NCBI GenBank assembly: GCA_900768725.1
Contig: CAAGDU010000154.1
Span: forward strand, 1 to 38,937
Length of the DNA stretch: 38,937 bases
DNA from: Bacteroidales bacterium
GTDB taxonomy: Bacteria > Bacteroidota > Bacteroidia > Bacteroidales > Paludibacteraceae
Reading direction: 5' to 3'
The notes under the pieces were generated by a model that ran no database searches, had not been told where the DNA came from, and saw only the letters and a program-made list of their open reading frames with translations. Positions 5,918 through 14,938 of this stretch are shown piece after piece. The translations under genes were made by a program, and so were the position numbers. Each line of letters starts with the position of its first letter. The first letter of the stretch is position 1.

Positions 5918-8260
5918 ATGAAAAACATGAGGTATTTAGTGTACGGACTATTTGTTATTTTGAGTATGACAGCATGCAGTACGAAACAAGATAACCGCCG
6001 GCGAGACGCCCGCGTCCCCAGTGACAGCCCTATTGAGGCGAAGGTGGAGCGTTTGCTCGGTCAGATGACATTGGAAGAGAAAATCGGTCAGATGACGCAG
6101 GTAGCCGGCGGGTATGTGTCGGAGGATTTGGAGGCGCAGGTGCGTGGCGGCATCGGCTCTATGCTGAACAGCCTTGGCGAGGAAGCCAATCATTATCAGC
6201 GCATTGCCGTGGAGGAGAGCCGTCTGGGTATCCCTATGCTGTTCGGCAGGGATGTGGTGCATGGTTTCCGCACTATCTTCCCCATTCCGCTGGGTCAGGC
6301 GGCAACGTTCGACCCCGAGTTGGTGGAGGCGGGCGCAGCGTTTGCGGCGCAGGAGGCGATGCAGGCGGGTATTCGCTGGACGTTCTCGCCGATGGTGGAT
6401 GTGGCGCGCGACCCGCGATGGGGGCGCGTGGCGGAAGGCTATGGCGAGGATACCTACTTGAATAGTGTGATGGGTGCGGCTACCGTGCGCGGCTATCAAG
6501 GCAAAGACTATGACCCTGTAACGAAACAGGGGCAGATAAAGGTGGCGGCGTGCGTGAAGCATTTCGCGGGCTATGCGGTGAGCGAAGGCGGGCGCGACTA
6601 CAACACGACATGGATTCCCGAGGTGCAGTTGCGCGAGGTCTATCTGCCTCCGTTCAAGGCTGCGCTGGACGCGGGCGCAGCGTCGGTGATGTGTGCGTTC
6701 AACGACCTGAACGGCGTGCCGATGTCCGCCAACAAGCACCTGAATGTGGATATCCTGCGCGGAGAGTGGCAGTTCGACGGCGTGATGCTGAGCGACTGGG
6801 CGTCGTCGGCGCAAATGGTGGTGCACGGCAACTGCGAGGACTTGCGCGAAGCCGCCGTGCTGAGCGTGAATGCGCAGGTAGAGATGGATATGGAGGGGCA
6901 CGGCTATCCGTTGCACCTGAAAGAACTGGTTGAGCAGGGTAGGGTGAGCGAGCGTCAGATAGACGACTGCGTGCGCGATATCCTTCGCCTGAAATTCCGC
7001 TTGGGCTTGTTTGAGAACCCGTATTGCGCGGTGGATACGCCGCAATACTACACTCCCGAGGCGTTGGCAGCGTCGCAACGCGCCGCCGAGGAGTCGGCAG
7101 TGCTGCTCAAGAACGACGGGGTGCTGCCACTGTCCGGGTACGCGGGCGTCCCCGCCCGCTGTCAGCGCAAAGAGCGGTCTCTCTCCGTCTTTATCTGCGG
7201 ACCGTTGGCGGATAGCCGGAATGACCAAAACGGCACTTGGTGCTTCGACAAGGTGGACTCTGCGAGCGTTACGCCGCTGACCGCGTTCCGCGAGATGGAG
7301 CGCGCGGGCAGACTGCGCGTGATAGCACAGGAGGGTGGCGAGCACTGGTCGCGTGAGCAGTTGTCTGAGCGCGCACTGCGCCGACTGACGGAGCAGGCGC
7401 GGCAGGCGGATGTAGTGGTCTATTTCGGCGGCGAGGAGCGTATCCTCTCGGGCGAGACACGATGCCGCGCACACCTCGATTTGCTCGGCAACCAGTCGGA
7501 GCAGTTGCGTGCGCTGAAAGCCGCAGGCAAGCCGCTGGTGCTGGTGGTGATGGCAGGGCGACCGCTTTGCATAGACGAAGAGATAGATATGGCGGACGCG
7601 GTGTTGTACAGTTTCCACGCGGGCACGATGGCAGGTCCTGCGTTGGCACGGCTGCTCACCGGCGAAGTGGCTCCCTCGGGGCGTTTGCCGATAACCTTCC
7701 CCCACGCAGAGGGGCAGATACCTATCTATTATAATAAGAAGAACACGGGTCGCCCGACGAATAACCCCGTGCTGATAGACGATATCCCCGTGGGTGCGCC
7801 GCAGTTCTCCATCGGCGAGTCGTCGTATTGGCTGGAATACAGCGACCAACCGCGCTTCCCCTTCGGCTACGGCTTGACCTATACGTCGTTTGAGTACGGC
7901 GAGGTGGTGCTGTCGGACAGCGTGATGCGGGGACAGATAGAGGTATCGTGCGCGATATGCAACACGGGTGCGCGCGAGGCAGTGGCGGTGCCGCAACTGT
8001 ATATCCGCGACATGGTAGGCTCGCTGACGCGCCCGATACGCGAGTTGAAGGGCTTCCAACGCGTGGCTATTCCCGCAGGTGAGACCCGCACCGTCTCTTT
8101 CGTGCTGACGGAGGACGATTTGGCTTATTGGCATTTGGCGGACGGCGTTACGCTCGGCGCGGACGGGGCCTACACCCGCTCGGCAGAGGCGGGAGAGTTC
8201 CGCGTGTGGATTGCACCTAACGCCGTGGAAGGCGAAAGCAAGACGTTTGTTAAATTATGA
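5918..8260 (+). CDS. GH3 beta-glucosidase (BglX-like), lipoprotein or periplasmic.
   Basis: The signal/lipobox is MKNMRYLVYGLFVILSMTAC. GH3 motifs present are LEEKIGQM, GRDVVHG, KHFAGY and the GVMLSDW nucleophile motif, followed by a C-terminal FnIII-like domain. The ORF-track start at 5738 runs through a poly-C repeat and is rejected. Confidence 0.95.
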   Translation: MKNMRYLVYGLFVILSMTACSTKQDNRRRDARVPSDSPIEAKVERLLGQMTLEEKIGQMTQVAGGYVSEDLEAQVRGGIGSMLNSLGEEANHYQRIAVEESRLGIPMLFGRDVVHGFRTIFPIPLGQAATFDPELVEAGAAFAAQEAMQAGIRWTFSPMVDVARDPRWGRVAEGYGEDTYLNSVMGAATVRGYQGKDYDPVTKQGQIKVAACVKHFAGYAVSEGGRDYNTTWIPEVQLREVYLPPFKAALDAGAASVMCAFNDLNGVPMSANKHLNVDILRGEWQFDGVMLSDWASSAQMVVHGNCEDLREAAVLSVNAQVEMDMEGHGYPLHLKELVEQGRVSERQIDDCVRDILRLKFRLGLFENPYCAVDTPQYYTPEALAASQRAAEESAVLLKNDGVLPLSGYAGVPARCQRKERSLSVFICGPLADSRNDQNGTWCFDKVDSASVTPLTAFREMERAGRLRVIAQEGGEHWSREQLSERALRRLTEQARQADVVVYFGGEERILSGETRCRAHLDLLGNQSEQLRALKAAGKPLVLVVMAGRPLCIDEEIDMADAVLYSFHAGTMAGPALARLLTGEVAPSGRLPITFPHAEGQIPIYYNKKNTGRPTNNPVLIDDIPVGAPQFSIGESSYWLEYSDQPRFPFGYGLTYTSFEYGEVVLSDSVMRGQIEVSCAICNTGAREAVAVPQLYIRDMVGSLTRPIRELKGFQRVAIPAGETRTVSFVLTEDDLAYWHLADGVTLGADGAYTRSAEAGEFRVWIAPNAVEGESKTFVKL

Positions 8261-8350
8261 ATTATGAATTATGAGGGCATAGTATGCCAAACTCAGAGCA
8301 TGGGCACTCATAATTCATAATTCTTAATTCTTAATTCTTAATTCTTAATT
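8253..8350. repeat. Stem-loop with perfect 16-bp arms that embeds the GH3 stop codon, followed by a 4.5-copy AATTCTTA octamer array.
   Basis: aattatgaattatgag (8260-8275) pairs with ctcataattcataatt (8307-8322). The loop contains the mini-hairpin ggcatagtatgcc. The array aattcttaattcttaattcttaattcttaatt spans 8319-8350. Confidence 0.8.
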
Positions 8351-8361
8351 AGAATCATGCC

Positions 8362-9249
8362 ATGAAACAACACAGAAACATTATGCGGGAGGTTACCCCG
8401 CTTTCAGAAGCAGATTGCTTGTACATCGCAGAGAGACACAAGTGCGAGTACGATTTTCCTTTGCATATCCACGATGACTATGAGTTAAACTTCATTCAGA
8501 ACGGTCAGGGGCTGCAACGGATTGTAGGTGATAGCATTGAGACTATCGATGATTTAGAGTTGGTGTTGATTGCAAAATCCAACTTGGAACATACTTGGCG
8601 TCAGGCGGACTGCCAATCGGAGGATATGTATGAAATAACCATGCAATTTGGCTCGGAAACGTTTCGTCCGAACTTGCTCACCAAGAATCAATTTAAGCCT
8701 ATCGGCAGATTGTTGAAGCGTGCGCAGCATGGTTTGGTCTTCTCGCGGGATTGTATCTTGCGCGTGTATGGTCTGATACAAAACATGCTCCATTGCCAAG
8801 ACTCGTTTGTGCAGTTGCTCCATTTTACCAATCTGCTATATGTGCTTGCGCAGGATGAAGCAGCACGCGAGTTGGCTAACTCTTCGTTTGCAAAGACGGA
8901 TGGGCACTTCGATTCTCGTAGGGTGCAAAAAGTAGTTGCGTATATGCAAGAGCACTATATGGAGGATGTAACGCTTGAAGCGGTGGCTTCGTTAGTCGGA
9001 ATGACTACCAATAGTTTCTCTCGTTTCTTCCGCCAGCGCACGGGTGAAGCCTTCTCTACCTATCTTATTAAGTTGCGCTTGGGCTATGCTGTCAGGATGC
9101 TGGTAGATACCACCTGCACTATTTCTGAGATTGCCTATCAGACAGGTTTCAACAATATGAGCAACTTCAATCGCTTGTTCAAAAAGTACAAGAAGATGTC
9201 GCCACATGATTTTCGTAATGCCTATTATAAGAACAAAATTATGGTATAA
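8362..9249 (+). CDS. AraC-family transcriptional regulator with a cupin-like N-terminal domain (paralog 2).
   Basis: Collinear with 4702-5598: REVTPLSEADCLY, DFPLHIHDDYELNFIQNGQG, C-terminal HTH ISEIAYQTGFNNMSNFNRLFKKYKKMSPHDFR. Confidence 0.9.
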   Translation: MKQHRNIMREVTPLSEADCLYIAERHKCEYDFPLHIHDDYELNFIQNGQGLQRIVGDSIETIDDLELVLIAKSNLEHTWRQADCQSEDMYEITMQFGSETFRPNLLTKNQFKPIGRLLKRAQHGLVFSRDCILRVYGLIQNMLHCQDSFVQLLHFTNLLYVLAQDEAARELANSSFAKTDGHFDSRRVQKVVAYMQEHYMEDVTLEAVASLVGMTTNSFSRFFRQRTGEAFSTYLIKLRLGYAVRMLVDTTCTISEIAYQTGFNNMSNFNRLFKKYKKMSPHDFRNAYYKNKIMV

Positions 9250-9359
9250 ATGTCGAAAATATGTTGTAAAACATATCTATTTTCGGTCGTTTTTGGCACA
9301 TTGTTATAAAAGTGTAATAGATAGGTATGATTGTGCGTGATTGAATAAATAAAAAGTAG

Positions 9360-9367
9360 TACTTTTG
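9360..9367 (+). promoter_or_regulatory. Bacteroides-type -7 box (TACTTTTG).
   Basis: Exact TAnnTTTG match in the AT-rich gap, 125 nt upstream of ATG 9492. Confidence 0.4.
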
Positions 9368-9491
9368 CATCAAGTTTCTGGAACAGTAAATTTCTTCTTT
9401 CAAAAACTCAATGCTTTTTCATTATATAAATATAGCAATCATTTATTTTGGTTGAAATAACATATTAACTAATTCTTAAAAACAAAAAGAC

Positions 9492-10433
9492 ATGAAAAAA
9501 ACTATTTCTCTCGTGTGTGCAATGTTGATGAGCGTAGTGCTCTTTGCACAAGATCGTGAACTGAGTATGGCAGACTGTGGTTCTAAGCAATGGGGACCTG
9601 TCTCGGTAGATGGCAATGTGATTACCTTCAATGGAGCATGGGATGGTGGTATAGGATGGGATCTTGGTGGAGAGCCTTTGATTGCGTACCATCGCGTAAC
9701 GCTTACCTTTGAGCCGTTTGATGGTCAGATTGCGCTGAATGTGCAATACGATGTGGATGGTAAAGATTACAAGCAAGTGATTGGTACCGCAGGCGGTTCT
9801 TCAGTATCGGTTGACCTTGACCCCGCGAAATCCGCTTCCGTACAGGCTATCTACATTCAATCCTCCAAAATGGGACGCCTGACTGTTAAGAAATGCGTAC
9901 TCGAAGGCGGTGCTGACCCATACGATATTACCGGCAAGGCAGAGATTACCCTCAACCAAGAGCCCGGCGAGAACTGCGTGAAGATTTTCCAAGCAGAGTT
10001 GGAAGCACACAACCCCAATGATGTGGTAGTGATTACGCTCAACTGTGTCAATGCTGAAAAGTTAGAAGGTTGGGGTATCGCCAAAATCGTGGCTATGGAC
10101 GATTGGACTGTTAGCCAATGCGACCTCAACAACAAATGCAATGGTCTCGGACAATCGGAATATAAGTTCCTCATTAGCGAATTGATTAACTTTGCGAAGA
10201 AAGGTACCAACGAGTGGTACATTGGTCCGGATAGCAAATTGGCAGGCGTTATTGTGAACAACTATGCGGGCGATTCTGAGATTGTCAGCGTGAAGTGCTA
10301 TGCAGCCGGCGAGACCGCTATCGCAAACACCGAGGTGGAAGCAAATAAAGCACAAAAGGTGGTAGAGAACGGCGTGCTCTATATCATCAAGAACGGTGTT
10401 CGCTACAACGCCCTCGGTACGGCTGTTAAATAA
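9492..10433 (+). CDS. Secreted two-domain protein of unknown function with a short C-terminal NG..YNA.G motif. Possibly carbohydrate binding.
   Basis: The signal peptide is MKKTISLVCAMLMSVVLFAQ. The N-domain reads WGPVSVDGNVITFNGAWDGGIGWDLGG..YHRVTLTFEP, which relates it to the next gene. C-terminus is KVVENGVLYIIKNGVRYNALGTAVK. Confidence 0.75.
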   Translation: MKKTISLVCAMLMSVVLFAQDRELSMADCGSKQWGPVSVDGNVITFNGAWDGGIGWDLGGEPLIAYHRVTLTFEPFDGQIALNVQYDVDGKDYKQVIGTAGGSSVSVDLDPAKSASVQAIYIQSSKMGRLTVKKCVLEGGADPYDITGKAEITLNQEPGENCVKIFQAELEAHNPNDVVVITLNCVNAEKLEGWGIAKIVAMDDWTVSQCDLNNKCNGLGQSEYKFLISELINFAKKGTNEWYIGPDSKLAGVIVNNYAGDSEIVSVKCYAAGETAIANTEVEANKAQKVVENGVLYIIKNGVRYNALGTAVK

Positions 10434-10448
10434 GTCCCTCTCCCCAAA

Positions 10449-10483
10449 CATATACCTGCCTATTGTTGGTGGGCAGGTATATG
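10449..10483 (+). terminator. Strong hairpin (12-bp perfect stem) downstream of 9492-10433. A second 9-bp-stem hairpin lies at 10517-10542.
   Basis: catatacctgcc / ggcaggtatatg with an 11-nt loop. The second hairpin is ttacgagcc / ggctcgtaa. No clear T-run follows. Confidence 0.45.
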
Positions 10484-10715
10484 TCTATATCATATTAATG
10501 TTGGTTGATTGATTGGTTACGAGCCATTGGTTTGGCTCGTAATTGCAACGCCCGCCCGGGTACGTCCCGACAAGTCGGGGCTATAATACCATTAGCGAAG
10601 CGGTCTGACATCGGACAGTGAAACGGTCGGACAACGAAGTGGTCTCATAAATAGAGAATCTACTCTCTGACTATTCTTAATAAACCAATATTTAATTACT
10701 TAATTTTTCAATATT

Positions 10716-11693
10716 ATGAAAAAGACATTTGCTTTATTGTGCGCTTGTGCACTATCTTTACTCACTTTCGCCGACAATGTTGAGATTCCTTTGTCTTCGT
10801 TCTCCAACACATGGTCCTGGGGCTGTACTTGCAATGGCGGTACGCTGACTTTCACGCAGGGCTATGGCGGAGGTTGTGTAGGCTATGGCATGACGGTAGC
10901 AGAGGGTGCTGCCGATTGGAGCGCATACGACTATCTGGTGGTTACGTTAGACCCTGCTACCTTGCCCGCTAAAAAGGTGATTGTGAAGGTAGAGTATGTG
11001 GGCGGCTCTGTGTCGGAGTTTGGCAATAGCGGGTTATTAGGTTCAAAAGCAATTGTTCAACTGGATGCTGCCAAGAAGAATGCGGTTACCAAGTTCTGGG
11101 TGAGTGCAGAGGAGGCTTGCACACTGACGGTTACCAAGATGGAACTGATTCCCGCTGGCGGTAGTTTTTACGCAGAGGATGCCGACTCGGAGACCTGCTT
11201 CTACGGACGCAATGAGTTAGACTATATCCCGAGCCTGATTGCTAACTGGGATGCCACATGGACGCCTGCTACAAGCACTATTACCTTCAATGGTGAGTGG
11301 AAGGGTATCCACTGGACCTTTGAAAACGCGCAAGATTGGTCAGACTACGACGACCTCTATATCAAGTTGGATAAGAACAACACCTCCACCTTCTGCGTCT
11401 GCCTCAATGGTATTCAAGATGCCAACGAGAAAGCCAAACTGACTTCTGCTCTTTCTTCCAGCGAAATCGTTATTGCAAAAGATGCTGACTTTAGTAGCAT
11501 TACGGCTATCTGCTTGAAGAGCGAGAAGAAAGCGACCTATCAAATAGAGTGTATGACCCTTCGTAAGCAGAAACCTACAGGCATTGAAGAAGTGAACTTG
11601 AAGCCGGTTGCTGCGAAATACATTGAGAACGGGCAACTCGTTATTCTCCAAAATGGGGTGAAATACAACGCACAAGGTGTTGTCATCGAATAA
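10716..11693 (+). CDS. Secreted protein with a tandem duplicated domain, paralogous to 9492-10433, sharing the same short C-terminal motif. Function unknown.
   Basis: The signal peptide is MKKTFALLCACALSLLTFA. Repeat 1 is WSWGCTCNGGTLTFTQGYGGGCVGYG..DWSAYDYLVVTLD. Repeat 2 is WDATWTPATSTITFNGEWKGIHWTF..DWSDYDDLYIKLD. C-terminus is KYIENGQLVILQNGVKYNAQGVVIE. Confidence 0.75.
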   Translation: MKKTFALLCACALSLLTFADNVEIPLSSFSNTWSWGCTCNGGTLTFTQGYGGGCVGYGMTVAEGAADWSAYDYLVVTLDPATLPAKKVIVKVEYVGGSVSEFGNSGLLGSKAIVQLDAAKKNAVTKFWVSAEEACTLTVTKMELIPAGGSFYAEDADSETCFYGRNELDYIPSLIANWDATWTPATSTITFNGEWKGIHWTFENAQDWSDYDDLYIKLDKNNTSTFCVCLNGIQDANEKAKLTSALSSSEIVIAKDADFSSITAICLKSEKKATYQIECMTLRKQKPTGIEEVNLKPVAAKYIENGQLVILQNGVKYNAQGVVIE

Positions 11694-11747
11694 ATCATAA
11701 AGGTGCGATCTCTTTGTCGTATCGTACAATAATAAACCAAAAGTCTG

Positions 11748-14700
11748 ATGAAACGATTAGTTGGAACAACATTACTTGCTCTGTTCTCTCTCCTTGCATG
11801 GTCGCAAAATGTGACCGTGCAAGGTAGGGTGTTGGATGCATCTCATGATAATGAGCCGATGATAGGAGCAAACATTATGGTGAAAGGTACCACACAAGGT
11901 ACTATCACCGATTTTGATGGTAACTTTACCATGGATTGCCCTGCAAAGAGCACTTTAGTAGTGTCCTCTGTGGGTTATAAGACCGAGGAAGTGCCTCTCA
12001 ACGGCAAGACCTCTCTGACTATCTCGCTCAAAGAAGACACGGAGGTGCTCGATGAAGTGGTGGTAGTGGGCTACGGTACGATGCGCAAGGTGGACCTGAC
12101 CGGCTCCGTGGGGTCTGTGTCCGGCGATAAACTCAAAGAGTCTATCATCGTCAATGCTGACCAGATGCTGCAAGGCAAGGTGGCAGGTGTGCAGGTGTCT
12201 GCCAACTCAGGTGCCCCGGGTGCTGCCTCCTCTATCCGTATTCGTGGTGCTTCGTCTATCAATGGTGACAACGAGCCGCTTTATATCATTGATGGTATTC
12301 CTATGAACGGTTCAGGCTCCTCTATCGCGGGTTTCTCGTGGGCAGGCGGCTCCAACGGACAAAGCAAGGTCAGCCCCCTCGCGGCTATCGCCCCGTCCGA
12401 TATCGTGTCTATGGATGTCTTGAAAGATGCGTCTGCCTGCGCTATCTATGGTGCTGCAGGAGCTAACGGCGTGGTCATCATCACTACCAAACGAGGCTCT
12501 GAAGGCAAGATGAATATCGCCTACGACGGCTATGTCGGCGTGCAGACCTTTGCCAAATACCTGCCGATGATGAACCTGCAAGAGTATGCGCAGTATCAGA
12601 ATGAATTGTACGCAGGTGGCTACTCATCCTCTATCTCCGATGCATATCTCGATCCTTCCGTCTTGGGTGCGGGTACCGACTGGCAACGCGCTATCACACG
12701 CGATGCTATCATGCACAGCCATCAGGTATCGCTCACAGGTGGCAACAAATCGACTCAGTTTGCCGTATCCGGCGGCTACTCCAAGCAAGACGGTACCATC
12801 ATCGGTTCGGAGTTCGAGCGTTTCTCCCTGCGTGCCAACGTGGACCACGAGTTCAATCAGTATGTGAAGTTAGGCGGGTCGCTCAGCTATGCACGCACCA
12901 GCGAGAAGATTATTCAGAACGATGGTGTGGACGGTGTGCTGATGCAGGCGTTGACTATGCAGCCCGATGTGCCGGTTACCGACTTTGAGGGCAACTACGC
13001 CGGTCCGTCCAATGTGGATGCCTCCACCTCCTACAACCCCGTTGCAATGGCTTTGCAGAAGAACAACACGCTTGTCCGAGACCGCGTGATGGGTAACGTG
13101 TACGGGCAAATCAACTTCATCAAGGAACTGAACTTCCGCACCGAGTTCTCTTTTGACGGTACCAACTCGCTCAACCGCGGTTTTGTACCTACCTATCGGT
13201 TCGGGGCTATCAAGAACGATATCAACAAGATTTTCGAGCAGAACGACCATTCGTTCTACTACTTGTGGAAAAACTACTTCTCCTACAACCAAACCATCAA
13301 GAAACACACGATCGGTGCGATGGTCGGTATGGAGATGAGCCGCTCCGACTGGGAAGGCTCCAGCCTGCAAAAGAAAAACCTCTCCAGCAATGATATTCAG
13401 GTGCCCACTGTGGATGGCGAGTATGTTACAAACAATGGTTGGAAAGACTATAACACCACCGTCTCGGTCTTCGGGCGCGTGAACTACAACTACGACAACC
13501 GCTACTTGCTCACTTTGACGGTCCGTGGCGATGCCAGCAGCAAGTTTGGTAAGAACAACCGCTGGGGTTGCTTCCCCTCTGCCGCTTTCGCTTGGCGCAT
13601 GTCGTCCGAGCCGTGGATGCAGGAGGTGGAAGTCATCAACAACCTGAAGATTCGTTTGGGCTATGGTCAGGTGGGTAACTCGAATATCGACAACTACCTC
13701 TACGGCTCCAAGATGATGGCGATGATTACACCTTTCGGAACGGCATACCGTATGTCTAACTTCTCCAACCCCGACTTGAAATGGGAGGCGAGCGAGCAAT
13801 ACAACATCGGTATAGACTTTGCTATCTGTCAGAGTCGTATTGACCTGAGTGTAGATCTCTATCAGAAAGATACCAAAGACCTGCTGCTCACGCCGTCGGT
13901 CCCCTCTATTTTGGGTGGCGAGGCGCAATGGGACGGCATAGCCACGCCTATGCAAAACATCGGTAAGGTGCGCAACCGCGGTATTGATATCTCGCTCAAC
14001 CTTGTGCCGGTGCAGACCAAGTTGTTCGATTGGACGAGCAATATCGTCATCTCTGTCAACCGCAACAAAGTGCTCGCATTGGACGAGATGAATACCCCCA
14101 TCTACGGCTCTATGGACTGGTACTCTGAGTTCCAGACGGCTACCATCATCACCGTGGGCAAACCGATGGGCTGCTTCTACGGTTTCACCACCGATGGCTA
14201 CTTCGAGGACTTGGAGGCTATTCAGAACGGTCCAGTGCAGGTGGATAACGGCAAGGGCGAGAACCGCGTGGACCAGTCCGCAGGCGTATGGATTGGCGAT
14301 ATCCGCTTCAAAGATATGAATGGCGATGGCAAAATTACCGATGCCGACCAAGATATCATAGGCGATCCGAACCCCGACTTCACCCTCGGTTGGAGCAACA
14401 ACTTCCGCATTTGGCAGTTTGACTTAGGTATTAACTTCACGGGTTCCGTCGGCGGCGAGATTCTGAACTTCACCCGCGTGAAGACGGAAGGACTGACCTC
14501 GCTCTGGGATAACCAGATGACGACCGTTGCCGGTCGTGTGCAATACGGCTACTACGATGGAGACCCCTCCAACAAATCGGCGGAGAACCTCTATGTTAGC
14601 AACACGCCGACCATGCCGCGCTGGTCAACCACCGATGTCAACCGCAACAACCGAATGTCCGACCGTTGGCTCGAAGATGCTTCCTACCTGCGTATCTCCA

Positions 14701-14924
14701 ATATCTCGCTTGCTTATAACTTCCCGAGCGAGATGATGAAGAAAGGACACATGACCGCTTGTAAACTCTATTTCAACGCACAGAATGTGTGGACATTCAC
14801 CAAGTATTCCGGCTACGACCCCGAGATTGGTTCTTACAACCAGCAGGCGGGAATGCAGAATATTGATATGGGACGTTATCCTTCTCCCCGTACTTTCACT
14901 TTTGGCGTTAACCTGACATTCTAA
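11748..14924 (+). CDS. SusC/RagA-family TonB-dependent outer-membrane transporter.
   Basis: The N-terminal carboxypeptidase-regulatory-like domain reads VQGRVLD..EPMIGANIMVKGT..GTITDFDGNF. The TonB-box/plug region is LDEVVVVGYGTMRKVDLTGSV. C-terminus is RTFTFGVNLTF. 1058 aa. Confidence 0.95.
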   Translation: MKRLVGTTLLALFSLLAWSQNVTVQGRVLDASHDNEPMIGANIMVKGTTQGTITDFDGNFTMDCPAKSTLVVSSVGYKTEEVPLNGKTSLTISLKEDTEVLDEVVVVGYGTMRKVDLTGSVGSVSGDKLKESIIVNADQMLQGKVAGVQVSANSGAPGAASSIRIRGASSINGDNEPLYIIDGIPMNGSGSSIAGFSWAGGSNGQSKVSPLAAIAPSDIVSMDVLKDASACAIYGAAGANGVVIITTKRGSEGKMNIAYDGYVGVQTFAKYLPMMNLQEYAQYQNELYAGGYSSSISDAYLDPSVLGAGTDWQRAITRDAIMHSHQVSLTGGNKSTQFAVSGGYSKQDGTIIGSEFERFSLRANVDHEFNQYVKLGGSLSYARTSEKIIQNDGVDGVLMQALTMQPDVPVTDFEGNYAGPSNVDASTSYNPVAMALQKNNTLVRDRVMGNVYGQINFIKELNFRTEFSFDGTNSLNRGFVPTYRFGAIKNDINKIFEQNDHSFYYLWKNYFSYNQTIKKHTIGAMVGMEMSRSDWEGSSLQKKNLSSNDIQVPTVDGEYVTNNGWKDYNTTVSVFGRVNYNYDNRYLLTLTVRGDASSKFGKNNRWGCFPSAAFAWRMSSEPWMQEVEVINNLKIRLGYGQVGNSNIDNYLYGSKMMAMITPFGTAYRMSNFSNPDLKWEASEQYNIGIDFAICQSRIDLSVDLYQKDTKDLLLTPSVPSILGGEAQWDGIATPMQNIGKVRNRGIDISLNLVPVQTKLFDWTSNIVISVNRNKVLALDEMNTPIYGSMDWYSEFQTATIITVGKPMGCFYGFTTDGYFEDLEAIQNGPVQVDNGKGENRVDQSAGVWIGDIRFKDMNGDGKITDADQDIIGDPNPDFTLGWSNNFRIWQFDLGINFTGSVGGEILNFTRVKTEGLTSLWDNQMTTVAGRVQYGYYDGDPSNKSAENLYVSNTPTMPRWSTTDVNRNNRMSDRWLEDASYLRISNISLAYNFPSEMMKKGHMTACKLYFNAQNVWTFTKYSGYDPEIGSYNQQAGMQNIDMGRYPSPRTFTFGVNLTF

Positions 14925-14938
14925 ATTATATGCGACCT

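Noticed and set aside
5948-8134. Very long minus-strand ORFs antisense to strong + strand genes: 5948-8134 (728 aa), 12870-14351 (493 aa), 17904-19049 (381 aa), 20776-22446 (556 aa), 30907-32277 (456 aa), 36607-37446 (279 aa) and many shorter ones.
   Set aside because: They lie fully inside, or shadow, + strand genes with unmistakable family motifs (GH3, SusC, GH5, transporter and others). Their translations are R/H/A/L-rich low-complexity sequence with no recognisable motifs. This is typical antisense stop-codon depletion in GC-rich coding DNA.
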